From assembly GCF_009914755.1 (NCBI RefSeq), contig NC_060930.1: a stretch of 64,000 nucleotides of DNA; one strand, 5' to 3'. The notes beneath the pieces are model-generated. The model worked only from the letters and a program-made list of their open reading frames with translations, made no database searches and was not told the DNA's origin. Each line of letters starts with the position of its first letter. Positions within the stretch are counted from its first letter, which is position 1. The position numbers and the translations under genes were made by a program. Of the stretch, positions 40,675-54,700 are shown piece after piece. This DNA is from the human T2T-CHM13v2.0 reference genome, Homo sapiens.

Positions 40675-42910
40675 TTACACTGCCACAAGTCAAGGAATGC
40701 CAAGGATTGCCAGCAACCACCAGAAACTAGAAGGAGCAAGGAAGAATTTTTCCATAGAGCATTCAGCAGGAGCATGGCCCTGCTAACACCTTGATTTTGG
40801 ACTTCTAACTGCTGGAACTGTGAGAGAATAAATTTCTGTTGCTTTAGGCTACCCAGCTTATTATATTATATTTCATTACAGCAGATCCAGGAAACTAACA
40901 CAACCAGGAAAAGCTGAAACTTATTGATTACTGGCTTAAACAGTCCTCTTCCTATTTCAAAGTCTATTCACCTTTTGGGATACCAGTTACAAACTTACCT
41001 ATTTCTCTTACTCTGAGCCCCCAGTGGATTGGCAAGTCAGAAGTTATTGAAGGAAGGTAGAGCAAGATGGTTGGATAGGAGCTGCCACCAATTGTCCTCC
41101 CCACAGGAATACCAAATTGAACACATATCCACATAAAAAGCACCTTCATAAGAACCAAAATTCAGATGAGAGATTGCAGTACTTTCAAATTCATTTTACA
41201 ATGTTAATATTTCCCTGATACCAAAACCAGACAAACACACTGAAAAAAAAAAGCAACCTATAGGTCAATATCCCTAATGAACATTAATGCAAAAACCCTC
41301 AACCAAATACTAGCAAACCAAATTCAAATATACATTAAAAAGATAATTCATCATGACCAAGTGGGATTTATTCCAGAAATACAAGGATGTTTCAACATAT
41401 GCAAATTAATCAATGTGATATATATCCTATCATTAGAATGAAGGACAAAAATGATCATTTCAATTGATGCTGAAAAAACATTTGATAAAATTCAACATCC
41501 TTTCATAATAAAAACCCTCAGAAAACTAGGTATTCAAGGAACATACTACAACACAGTAAGAGCCATATATGACAGACCCACAGCTAATATCATGCTGAAC
41601 GGGGAAAAACTTACAGCCTTTCCTTTAAGACCTGAAATATGACAAGGATGCTCATTTTCACCACCGTTATTCAACATAGTACTGGAAGTCCTAGCTGGAG
41701 TAATCAGACTAGAGAAAGAAATAAAGGTATCCAAATTGGAAAGGAAAAAGGCAAATTATCCTTCTTTGCAGGTGATAGGATCTCATATTTGGGAAAACCT
41801 AAAAACTCCACGCAAAAACTGTTAGAACTGATAAACAAATTCAGTAAGGTTGGAGGATACAAAATCAACATACATAAATCAGTAGCATGTCTATATGCCA
41901 ACAGTAAACAATCTGAAAAAGAAATCAAGAAAGTAATCTTATTTATAGTAGCTACAAATAATATAAAATACCTAGGGATAAACTTAACAAAAGAAGTCAA
42001 AGATCTCTGCAATGAAAACTATAAAACACTGATGCAAGAAACTGAAGAAGACACAAAAAATGAAAAGATATTTGGTGTTCATGGCTTGGAAGAATCAGTA
42101 TTGTTAAAATGTCCATGCAAGGGCTGGGCATGGTGGCTCATGCCTGTAATACCAGCATTTTGGGAGGCCTAGGTAGGAGGATCGCTTGAGGCCAAGAGTT
42201 TGAGGCCAGCCTGGCCAACATGCGAAAACTCTGTCTCTACTATAAAAAAGTACAAAATTAGCCAGGCATGGTGGCACATGCCTATAGTCTCCAGCTACTC
42301 AGGAGACTAAGCCATGAGAATTTCTTGAATCCCGAAGGCGGGGGTTGCAGTGAGCTGAGATTGCTGCTCCACTGCACTCCAGCCTGGGTGACAGAGCAAG
42401 ACTCTGTTTAAATAAAATAAAAATAAAAATAAAATGTCCATACTACCCAAAGCAACCTACACATTCAGTATAACCTCTATCAAAATACTAATGACATTCT
42501 TCACAGGAATAGAAAAAAAAATCCTAAAATTGATATAGAACCACAAAAGACCCCAAATAGCCAAAGCTATCCTGAGCAAAAAGAATGAAACTGGAGGAAT
42601 CACATTACCTGACTTCAAATTACACTACAGAGATATAGTAACCAAAGCAGCATGGTACAGGCATATAAACAGACATATAGGATGACTACAGTCAACAATA
42701 ATTTATTGCACATTTAAAAATCACTAGAAGAATATTATTAGATTGTTTGTAACACAAAGAAAGGATAAATGCATAGGGTGATGGATACTCTACTTGCCCT
42801 GATATGATTATTATGCATTGTATGCCTATATCAAAATATCTTATACATTCCATAAATATATACACCTACTATGAACCCACAAAAATTAAAAGTTGAAAAA
42901 TGAAAAAAAA
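40675..42910 (+). mobile_element. Composite L1MA copy: MLT1 part + unique flank + L1 5' end (40675-41182), ORF2 segment (41183-42680), L1 3' end and A tail
   Basis: 40675-41182 is a diverged reverse complement of 56765-57270; ORF2 motifs ([33 protein letters not shown]); 3' end resembles 48810-49025. Confidence 0.85.
42122..42430 (+). mobile_element. Alu inserted in L1 ORF2
   Basis: Dimer; flanking repeat aaaatgtccat. Confidence 0.9.
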
Positions 42911-43992
42911 AACCTTTCTCTTGTTTTTCTAAAACTCTAACTGGATACCCTGCATTTTTCTTTGCTAAATTTGGTAACCCTAATTGGGAAATATGTTGCA
43001 AAAGGCAAAGATGGGGAAATACACTATATTCATTTGAAGTATGCTGGGGGGGTAGACTATGAAAGTGAATGCAATTTTTTGACACTCTCCTGAGAGAACT
43101 GCCACAACTTTCATTACTAGTATTCACTTCTTCCACCATGGGATTGTCACTCATTAGAGACATGTAGTTGCTGTGCCCCTTAAGGAAGCCCCTTATGGCT
43201 GAAAGCAGGTGGTTCCAAAGCCTGTCCTACACTTGCTTCTCCCTCACATCTTATGAGCCAGACCACTAGATCCCACAGAAGAAAAGGATCAGGGAGGTAA
43301 TTTTTCTACAGAAAAGCACTGGATTCGCATAAGTGATATATCAAGCTTCTAATGTCCTTTTTATCTTTTATTTGAATAATCATTTGTATAACTTTCCCAT
43401 CTGTGTGTACATTTTAAACAAATGAAGCAGCTTCCTCTCACTAACATGTTTTCTCTTCCTTAAAATGACATCCTCTTCTAATTTACTCAACCCTAAAAAC
43501 CCCCTCTTCAAATACATTTTCTCTGTTGGTTTCATGCATCTCAGAGAAAGGAAAAAAGGGTTCATTTTAGTAAATAAGCCCTGGCTTTAAAAATGCTCTT
43601 ACCATTTCACACTCCAGAAAATAAGGAGATGAACACACACACACACACACACACAAACTAATTAGAATTAACTAAATTTTATAATATATTAAGTAATAAA
43701 ATTACAATGCAAAACCATTGCAGCGTCCTTTTGATTGCTCTGAACTCCACCCCTCCCTGTCAAACAATAGAAAGGGGAAAGTGCTTTAAACTCTCACTAG
43801 GGTGGGGCTGCTGCCTGCCGCCTGCTCTCCGAACTGTCTTGCAGCTGGAGAAGAGCAGCCAAAGCTCCTGCAGACTTCATGTTGGAACTTCACACATTCA
43901 TTCCAACAAAGAACACAGCACGTAGCAGGAGAACATACTGCGCTTATTCTTCTTAGTATAAGGGCAGATAACCTCTCTATTTTTATCTTTAC

Positions 43993-44052
43993 CTTCATTG
44001 AAACAAAAACAAGTAAATGGAAGAGCAGACGCCTCTTCATAAAGCTAGTCAT
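43993..44052 (-). pseudogene. Candidate first coding exon, signal-peptide-like
   Basis: ATG at 44052: MTSFMKRRLLFHLLVFVSMK|gtaaag; basic residues followed by a hydrophobic stretch. Confidence 0.4.
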
Positions 44053-44225
44053 TGTCCTATTCCTCTGTTCTATTCACTCTCAAACGATTCCATTGGGGAC
44101 CCCTGAGCTGTGAAGAAGGACAGGGCCCTGCCTCCACTTTTTCATCTTTCTCCTTAACTCGGGGAAGTCTGGCTTTTACTTCCAACCGCTCAACTGACAC
44201 TGTCTTTCAAAGTTTACCAATATCT

Positions 44226-44315
44226 AGGGTGGCCAAATGGGGATGCTTCTGAGGGTGAAAAAAAGATGCTACTAATAATTATCCTGGGACAACAGGCGTA
44301 AATGCAAACAGTCTC
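44226..44315 (+). mobile_element. MER81-like fragment
   Basis: 'tagggtggcca...ctactaataattatcctgggacaacaggcgtaaa'. Confidence 0.55.
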
Positions 44316-44636
44316 ATCAAGAACCTCCCATCTGTATCCAAACCTCTCTTCCCAGCATCTTTCTGGAGCTTCCACAGCATTTAACACGGTCCCCATCCCT
44401 GCTTTTTGGAATCTTTGTTTCCACTAATCTTTAACACTTCAACTGTCCTTCTTTACTCGAAGGCCAGCTCAGAGCTTCTTTGCTGGTTCCTATCTCCTCC
44501 ATTGATTGAAAAAGTTCCCAGATTGATTGCTTGGTTCTCCTGTTTGTCTCTAGATTTCTCCTCACAGACCTGCATTCTCATGACTTCAGCTCTCCCTGCA
44601 TCATGACTCCCAAGTCATTTCAAAGTGAAATTATTG

Positions 44637-44785
44637 TCCAGGTCGGTGGCTTATGCCTGTAATCCCAGAACTTTGGGAGGCTGAGGCCAGCAGATCACTT
44701 GAGCTCAGGAGTTTGAGACCAGCCTGGGCAGCATAGCCAGAACTTGTCTCTGGTAAAACAAACAAACAAAGAAATAAACAAAAAC
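44637..44785 (+). mobile_element. FLAM/Alu monomer
   Basis: Single left arm with (AAAC)n tail. Confidence 0.85.
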
Positions 44786-44989
44786 GAAATTATTAGGAAC
44801 TCTAAGACAGCAACAGCAGATTATTAAATCCCAAACCTGGGCCTCCTTCTGATCACAGAGCCCTGCACCTGGCCACATGCCCATGTAACCGACTCTGCCA
44901 TTAGTTAAATGACTAAATAAGTATATAGTACATTCTTTCAAAAAGCAGTAAAAGGAAATAAGAAAATGGCATAAAAGAGAGAGAAAGTA

Positions 44990-45448
<459 letters not shown>

Positions 45449-45524
45449 CTAATCTCAGAGAAGAGCCACACTTCTTCACGAAGGCTAGAGAATGGAGACA
45501 ATGAGCATAGAAGCAGCATGGTGA

Positions 45525-45914
<390 letters not shown>

Positions 45915-46179
45915 TGAGATGTTGCTTCGTCTCTTTATCTAATTACTGTGGTGCACAATAAAGTGAATCAGACCTGTCAGTGTCTCCAGAAAGCTTACAG
46001 TTCCAGAAGAGACAAAACACCAATATGAAATTTAGGACAAAATATGATGAGTGAGTTGGAAAACCTCATTTAGTTAAACTAAGCTTCCTAGAAATATCTT
46101 CCTGCTAAATATTTGTTAACTTGGCTTAATACAGAAGGAAAACACAAAATAATATAAATAGCATGGTAGAAATGACATG

Positions 46180-46358
46180 GTACATTGCATTAGGCATTAT
46201 AAGTAATCTAGAGATGAATTAAAGTATATAGGAGGATGTGCAAAGCTTATATGCAAATACTACACCATTTTATACCAGGGACTTGAACATCTGTGGATTT
46301 TGGTATCTGCAGATGATCCTGGAGCCAATCCCCAATGAATACTGAGGGACAACTCTGT
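46180..46358. mobile_element. Tigger3-family (TcMar) fragment
   Basis: 'aagtaatctagagatga...ttatatgcaaatactac...ccaatccccc...atactgagggacaactc' terminus. Confidence 0.75.
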
Positions 46359-46549
46359 ATACACACATACAAATACATGCACATGTGCATATATACACAT
46401 TTATACATACACACACACGCATGCACACTCACACATATAGACATGCACATATCATTTGAGTCAAATCTACATGAACCTTACCTAGAGTTTTCTGTTTATT
46501 CACAGAACTGCCTAGAGGCAATAGAATACCAAGTTAGAAATCAAGTTGA

Positions 46550-47095
46550 AGCAACATTTACTCAGCCGCTATTTACTAGGGAGTGCTGTCTGCCAGGAAT
46601 TGTTCCAGGGGCTTACGATGTTGTGATGAACACAAAATCTCCTGCAGCCACAGGACTTACATCCCACTGGGGAGGCAGAGAGTGAACATTACATATAAAT
46701 ATCTAACATAAAATCAGATCATGGTGTGCGCAATGAAAGAAGATAGAGGAGGTGGGGGTGTAGAGAGACAGTGCGTGTGTAGGAGTGGGCTCACACTATT
46801 TTAATCAGGGATCAGTGAAGGCTTCCTGAGATGGTGGCATTTATGTAGGAAAAGGAATGAAAAGAGGGGTGAGTCACGTGAAGAGTGGGGAGAAGAGCAC
46901 TCCAGGATGAGGAAATCACAAGGGGAAAGGCCATGGGCAGGGTGTGCTTGGAAGCTCAAGGGATGGCAAGGAGCCCAGTGTGACCTGAGCAGTGAGATGA
47001 GAGGGTATTGGGAAATTAGGTCAGAGGGGTAGCTCTGGCCAGGACACTGTGACATTTGCAAGTGAAAGTAAAGATTCTGGACTTTAAGAGATACT
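46550..47095 (-). mobile_element. L2 fragment
   Basis: 'gggatcagtgaaggcttcctgagatggtggcattt...gagcactccagg...aaggccat'. Confidence 0.7.
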
Positions 47096-48479
47096 TATCT
47101 CAGTTTTGAAAAATGAGAAGAGTCATCCCCCAGATAAGGAGGAAGAAAAATTCTAGGCTGAGGAAACAGCATGTGCTATGGTACGAAGGAGTGGCTGGCT
47201 TTGCGTCTTCCGTTGAGTTTCTGAGAGTTGATATCAGTGGAATCAAGGCTAAGAGGTGGTGAGCCTGTGCGTAGTTCGAGGCCAGGCTAAAATGTGCCCA
47301 ATGCACAACTCACCATCAGACCAGCCCCGCTGGGTTCTCCTGGGTGGGAGGTGAGCCCAGTGTGCCAGCAGGTTGTGGGAGGAGAGGTCAGTTCAGAGAC
47401 ACACTATCATTGACAGAGAGAAGAGTTAGTCCAGACCCATGCTTTCTTCTGCAGCCATTATATTCTCTTTCCTGGGCTCAGAAGCAGAAGGCTCAGGAAG
47501 CTACTGCTCCTGAAGATGGGATCAATTACACGCAAAAGTGGACGCCTGTGCTCCTGGATTGGGAAGGTTGAAGGAAGAGAAGGAGGCTCATGAACAAATG
47601 GGCAGTTTGCACAAGGAAGTAGGGACAAAAGAGTGAAATCGCCACAAAGCGTGAAGCTCCTTGCCGTGAGCAAGGCTGGGACACATGGGACAGAGTCTCT
47701 GACAAATGCTCCCTTCTCTCTGAGAAGGGCCTGTTCCTGCAGGCCCAATTCAATCTTATCTCTGTTAAGTATCTGATCACTGCTTACCCATCAGCACACC
47801 GTGAAACAAAACAGGCCAGGCATCTCAGAGTGACCTCCTAAGCATGGAACAGGGAATTCTATGTTCTGAACTAATATGGCCCTTGGCAAAATTGTGCAAC
47901 AGTTGAGGCTGCTGTTTACTAACTCCCACATCCACTTGCAGCCCAGGACTTTGCTTTGGTCCCAGCAAGGGTGTTAGCTGATGAGGCTGGATGTGTTACG
48001 CCATAACACAGCATGTTGGAAGGGGCCTTCATATAGAACGTTTGAAAGTTTCTGCTTCAGGGACCTTGTTTCTAAAGGGCTGAGGTGTGGCATGAGACAG
48101 GAAGAGATCTGCCTTACTCCTGAGAGAGGCGACTGGAACACTGCCTCTGTTCTCTTTATCTACAGAGAAAGAAAGTGATTTTGGAAGATTGGTCTGACTG
48201 AAAGAAGTTTCTGGAGTGATGAGAAAGGGGTGTGATTGGATAGTGCTTGCCTTACACTGTGAGAATTATGTGTTCCTTCATTCTTTGACCAAAATTTATT
48301 GAGTGCCTCCTATAGGCTGGGCATTGTTCAAGGTGCCATGGTTATAGCAGTAAACATATTTCTGTTGTTTCATATTTCAAATATTTTAAAGAGTAAGAAC
48401 AGAATCAAAAGACGTTGGGAAAAATCCTTCCCCTCCCCTGGTGTACCTTAATAATGAGTCACCACAGAACATTCTACAG

Positions 48480-48696
48480 CAAGCTTGTCCAACCCCCAGC
48501 CTGCAGGCTGCATGCAGCCCAGGACAGCTTTGAATGTAGCCCAACAAATTCATAAACTTTCTTAAAACATTATGAAATTTTTTTTGCAAAATATTTTTTT
48601 TTAGCTCATCAGCTATCATTAGTGTTATATTTTATGTATGGCCTAAGACAATGCTTCCAGTGTGGCCCAGGGAAGCCAAAAGATTGGACACCCCTG
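48480..48696. mobile_element. MER30 hAT MITE
   Basis: 'ttgtccaacc...ggcccagggaagccaaaagattggacacccctg'. Confidence 0.9.
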
Positions 48697-48765
48697 ATCT
48701 AGAGCAATAGAAGGGTCTGGTAGCTGGCTAGATTATTTGGGGAATTCAGGAGATGTCAATCATTT

Positions 48766-51700
48766 TTTTTAAAAAAAGCTTATGTTTAATGTTTTAAAAA
48801 CTTATTTTTAATTTTTAATTTTTGTGGGTACATAGTAGGTGTATATATTTATGTGGTACACAGAATATTTTGATACAGGTATATAATGTGTAATGACCAC
48901 ATCAGGGTGTATGAGGTATCCATTACCCCACGCATTTATCCTTTCTTTGCATTATAAACAATCCAATTATACTCTTTTAGTTATTTTTAAATGTGCAATA
49001 AATTACTGTTGACTGTAGTCATCCTGTTGTGCTATCACATACTAGATCTTACTCATTCGATCTAACTATATTTTTGTACCCATTAACCATCCCTATTTCC
49101 ACCACTGCCCCTCCATTCCCAGCCTCTGGTAACCAGCCTTCTACTCTATCTCTGTGAGTTCAATTGTTTTAATTTTTAGTTCCCACAAATAAGCAAGAAC
49201 ATGTGAAGTTTGTCTTTCTGTGCTTGGTTTATTCTTAACATAATGTCTTCCAGTTCCACCCATGTTGTTGCAAATGACTGGATCTCATTCTTTTTTATGG
49301 CTGATAAGTACTCCATTGTGTACAAGTACCACATTTTCTTTATCCATTCATCTGTTGATGGACACTTAGGTTGTTTCAAGTCTTAGCTATTGTGAATAGT
49401 GCTGCAACAAACATGGGAGTGCAGATATCTCTTGGACATAGTGATTTTCTTTCTTTTGAGTATATATCTAGCCATGGAGTTACTGGATTATCTGGTAGCT
49501 CTATTTTTAGATTTTTTTTTGAGGAACCTCCAAACTCTTCTCCATAGTGGTTGTACTAACTTACATTTCCACCAACAGTGCATGAAGGTGGCCTTTTTTC
49601 CACGTGTTCTCCAGCATTCATTATTGTCTGTCTTTTGAATAAAAGTCATTCTTACTGGGGTGAGCTAATATCTCATTGTAGTTTTCATTTGCATTGCTCT
49701 GATGACCAATGATGTTGAGCACCTTTTCATATGCCTGTTTGCCATTTGTATGTCTTCTTTTGAAAAATGTCTATTCAGATCTTTTTCCCATTTTTAAATT
49801 GGATTATTAGATTTTTTTTCCCTATTGAGTTGTTTGAGTTCATTATAAGACTGGTTATTAATCCCTGGTCAGATGGATAGTTTGCAAATATTTTCACCCA
49901 TTCTGTGGGTTGTCTCTTCACTTTGTTGATTGTTTCCTTTGCTGTGCAGAAGGTTTTAAACTTGATGTGATCCCAATGGTCCATTTTTGCTTTGATTGCC
50001 TGTGCTTGTGGGGTATTACTCAAGAAATCTTTGCCCAGATTAATGTCCTGGAGAGTTTCCCCAATGTTTTCTTGTAGTAGTTTCATAGTTTGAGGTCTTA
50101 GGTTTAAGTCATTAATTCATTTTGATTTGATTTTTGTATGTAGTAAGAGATAGGGATCTAGTTTCATTCTTCTGCATATGGATATCCAGTTTTCCTAGCA
50201 GCATTTATTGAAGAGACTGTCCTTTGAGCAAACTGTGTTCCTGTGACTTTTGTCAAAAATGAGTTTACTCTAGGTGTATGGATTTGTTTCTGGGTTCTCC
50301 ACTCTGTTTCATTGGTCTGTTGGTCTGTTTTTATGCCAGTACCATGCGTTTTGGTTACTATATCTCTGTACTATAATTTGAAGTCAGGTAATGTGAGTCC
50401 TCTAGCTTTGTTCTTTTTGCTCAGGATAGCTTTGGCTATTCTGGGTCTTTTGGGGTTCCATGTCAATTTTAGGATTTTTTTTCTATTTCTGTGAAGAATA
50501 TCATTGGTATTTTGATAGGGATTGCATTGAATCTGTAGATTGCATTGGCTAGGATGGACATTTTAACGTTGATTTTTCCAGTTTTTTATGTCCTCTTCAA
50601 TTTCTTGAATCAATGTTTTATAGTTTCCATTGTAGAGATCTTTTAGTTCTTTGGTTAAGTTTATTCCTACCTATTTTATATTATTTGTAGCTACTGTAAA
50701 TAAGATTATTTTCGTGATTTCCCTTTCAGAATGTTTGCTGTTGACATGTAGAAATACTACTGATTGGCTGGGCTCAGTGGCTCACCCTGTAATCCCAGAA
50801 CTTTGGGAGGCCAAGGTGGGAGGGTCATTTGAGACCAAGCGTTCGAGATCAGCCTGGCTAACATGGCAAAACCCTGTCTCTACAAAAAATACAAAAATTA
50901 GCCAGGCGTGGTTGTGCACACCTGTAATCCTAACTACTCAGGAGGCTGGCACATGAGAATAGCTTGAACCCATGAGGTGGAGGTTGCAGTAAGCTGAGAT
51001 CACACCACTGCACTCCAGCCTGGGTGACAGAGTGAGACTCCTTTTCAAAAAAAAAAATCTACTGATTTATGCATGTTGATTTTGTATCCTGCAACTTCAC
51101 TGAATTTGTTTACCAATTCTAATATACTTTTTATGGAATCTTTAGTTTTTTTGAAATATAAGATCATATCGTCTGCAAACAAGGATAATTTGACTTCTTC
51201 CTTTCCAATTTGGATGACCTTTTATTTCATTCTTTTGTTTGATTGCTTTAGCTAGGACTTCCAGTACTATGTTGAATAACAGTGGTGAAAGTAAGCATCC
51301 TTATCTTGTTCCAGATCTCAGAGGAAAGGCATTCAGTTTTTTTGTGTTTAGTATGATAATAATTGTGGGTCTGTCATATATAGCTTTTACTGTGTTGTGG
51401 TATGTTCCATGAACACCCAGTTTTTTAGTGATTTTTTTTTTAATCATGAAGGGATGTTGAATTTTATCAAATGCTTTTTTAGTATCAGTTGAAATGATCA
51501 TGTGGTTTTTGTCCTTCATTCTATTGGTATGATGTATCACATTGATTGATTTGTGCATGTTGAGCCATCCTTGCATCTCTGGGATAAATCCCACTTGGCC
51601 ATGATAAATGATGTTTTTAATCTGTTGTTGAATTTGGTTTGCTAGTATTTGGTTGAGGATTTTTGCATTAATGTTCATCAGGGAAATTGGACTTTAGTTT

Positions 51701-54700
51701 GATTTTTTGTGTGTCTTTGGTTTTAGTATCAGGGTAATACTGGCCTCATAGAATGAGTTAGGAAGTTTTCCCTTCTCTCCTATTTTTTGGAGTAGTTTCA
51801 GTAGGATTGACATTAGTTGTTCTTTAAATATTTGGTACAACTCAGCAGTGAAGCCATCAGGTCCTGGGCTTTTCTTTACTGGAGATTTTTCTTGTTTCAG
51901 TTTTGATCTCATTACTTTTTATTGGTCTGTGCAGGTTTTGGATTTCTTCATTGTTCAATCTTGGTAGGTTTTTTATGTCTAGGAATTTATCCATTTCTTC
52001 TAGATTTTCCAATGTACTGGCTTATAGTTGTTCCTAATAGCCTCTGATAATCTTTTGAAGTTCTACAGTATCAGTTATAATGTATCCTTTTTCATCTTCA
52101 GTATTATTTATTTGGGTATTCTCTCTTTCTTTCTTAGTATGGCTAAAGCTTTGTCTATTTTGTTTATCTTTTCAAAAACCCAACTTTTCATTTCATTGAT
52201 TTTTGTATTGTTTTCTTTGTTTAAATTTCATTTATTTCTGCTCTGATCTTTATTATTTCTTTTCTTCTACTGATTTTGGGTTTGGTTTACTCTGGCTTTC
52301 ATAGTTCTTTAAGATGCATTGTTAGTTTGTTTATGTGAAGTTCTTCTACTTTTTTTGATATAGATGCTTATAGCTGTACACTTTCCTCTTAGTACTGCTT
52401 TCACTGTATCCCATAGGTTCTGTTAGGTTGTGTTTCCATGTTCATTTGTTTCAAGAAATTTTTAAATTTCCTTCTTCATTTCTTCATTGACTCACTGATC
52501 ATTCAGGAGCACATTGTTTAATTTTCATGGTTTTTTTTTGTAGTTTCCAAATTTCTCTTGTTATTGATTTCTAGTTTTATTTCACTGTGGTCAGAGATGA
52601 TATTTGATATAATTTCATTTTTTTGAATCTTTAAAGACTTCTTTTGTGGCCTATCATAAGGTCTATTCTTGAGAATGATCCATGGGCTGAAGAGAAGAAT
52701 GCATATTCTGCAGCTATTGCATAAAATGTTCTGTAAATATCTATTAGGTTCATTTGGTCTGTAGCGCAGGTTAAGTCCAATGTTTCTTTGTCAATTTTCT
52801 GTCTGGATGATGTGTCCAATGCTGAAAGTAGGGTGTTGAAGTGTCCTGGTATCATTGTATTGGGGTCTATGTCTCTCTTTAGCTTTAATATTTGCTTTGT
52901 ATATCTGGGTGCTCCAGTGTGGGTGCACACATATTTACAACATATATTTGCAGCTCATTATATAACGTTAAAAGGTTCAAGTCAGCAAGAGGATATAAAC
53001 ATAGACCCCAATACAATGATAAGGGGACATTTCATATTTATAAGTGTATATCATATCTTCATATTTATAATTATAATATAGATATATATTTATATTATAT
53101 TTACATATAAATATATCCTGTTCATATGTTTATATCCTCTTGCTGACTTGAGCCCTTTATCATTATATAATGACATTCTTTGCCTCTTTTTATAGTTTTG
53201 TCTTGAATTCTATTTTATCTGATATAGGTATAGCTATTTCTGCTCTTTTGTTGGTTTCCATCTGAATGAAATATCTGTTTCCATTCCTCAATTTTCAGTT
53301 TCTGTGTGTCTTTATAGGTAAAGTGTGTTTCTTGTAGGCCACAGATCATTGGCTCTTGTTTTTGTTGTTGTTGTTGTTTGTTTGTTTTAAATCCATTCAG
53401 CCACTCTGTGATTGGAGAGTTTAGTCCATTTACATTAAATGGTATTATTGATCAGTAAGGACTTGCTCTTGCCATTTTGCTATTTGTTTTCCGGTTGTTT
53501 TGTGGTCTTCTCTTCCTTCTTTCCTTCCTTCCTGTCTTCCTTTCCAGTCAAGGTGACCTTCTCTGTTGGTATGTTTTAATTTCTTGCTATTTATTTTTTG
53601 TGTATCTGTTGTATGATTTTTGATTTGAGGTTACCGTGAGACTTGCAAATAATATAATCCATTATTTTAAACCGGTAACAACTTAGCACTGATTGTGTAA
53701 ACAAAATAACAAGCAAGCAAAGAAAACTAATACACAAGCAAAGAGAAACAAGCAGAGAAACAAACGAGCAAAGAGAAAACTAACGAATGCTCTACATTTT
53801 AACTGCATCCCCCCGCTTTTTAACTTTCTGTTGATTTATGTCTTATTATACTCTCTGTGTCTCAAATAGTTGTTGTAGTCACTATTTTTTATTGGTTCAT
53901 CTTTTAGTCTTTCTACTCAAGATCTGAGGAGTTTACACACCACAGCTACAGTGTTACAATATTCTGTGTTTTTCTGTGTGCTTACTATTACCAGTGAGTT
54001 TTGTACCTTCAAATGATTTCTTGTTGCTCATTAATTTTATATTCTTTCAAATTGAATAACTCTCTTTAGCATTTTTTGTAGGACAGGTCTGGAGTTAATG
54101 AAATCCCTCAGCTTTTGTTTGTCTAAGAAAGTCTTTCTTTCTCCTTCGTGTTTGAAGGATACTGTCACTGGATATACTAGTCCAGGATAAAATTTCTTTT
54201 TCTTCAGCACTTGAAATACATCACGCTACTCTCTCCTGGCCTGTAAGGTTTCTGCTGAGAAGTCTGCTGTCAGATATATTAGAGCTTTATTGTAGGTTAT
54301 TTGTTTCTTTTCTCTTGTTGCTTGCAGATCCTTTCTTTATCCTCAACCTTTGGGAGATTGACTATTAAATGTCTTGAGGCAGTCTAATTTGTTTTAATTC
54401 TGCTTGCTATTCTATAACATTCTTGTACCTGAATAGGGATATCTTTCTCTAGGTTTGGGAAGTTCTCTGTTATTATTCCCTTTGAATAAACTTTCTACCC
54501 CTATCTCTCTCTCTACTTCTTCTTTAAGGCCAATCACGGTTAGATTTGCCCTTTTCAGATTATTTTCTAGATCATGTAGATGTGCTTCATTCTTTTTTAT
54601 TCATTTTCTTTTGTCTCCTCTGACTGTGTATTTTCAAATAGCCTATCTTCAAGCTCACTAATTCTTTCTTCTGCTTGATCAATTCTGCTGTTATCACCCT

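Noticed and set aside
41639-42172. Longest ORF in the track (177 aa)
   Set aside because: Degenerate L1 ORF2 RT fragment reading into an Alu; not a host gene.
46866-46882. Overlapping AP-1/E-box motif gtgagtcacgtg
   Set aside because: Short motif within an L2 fragment, expected by chance; no independent support.
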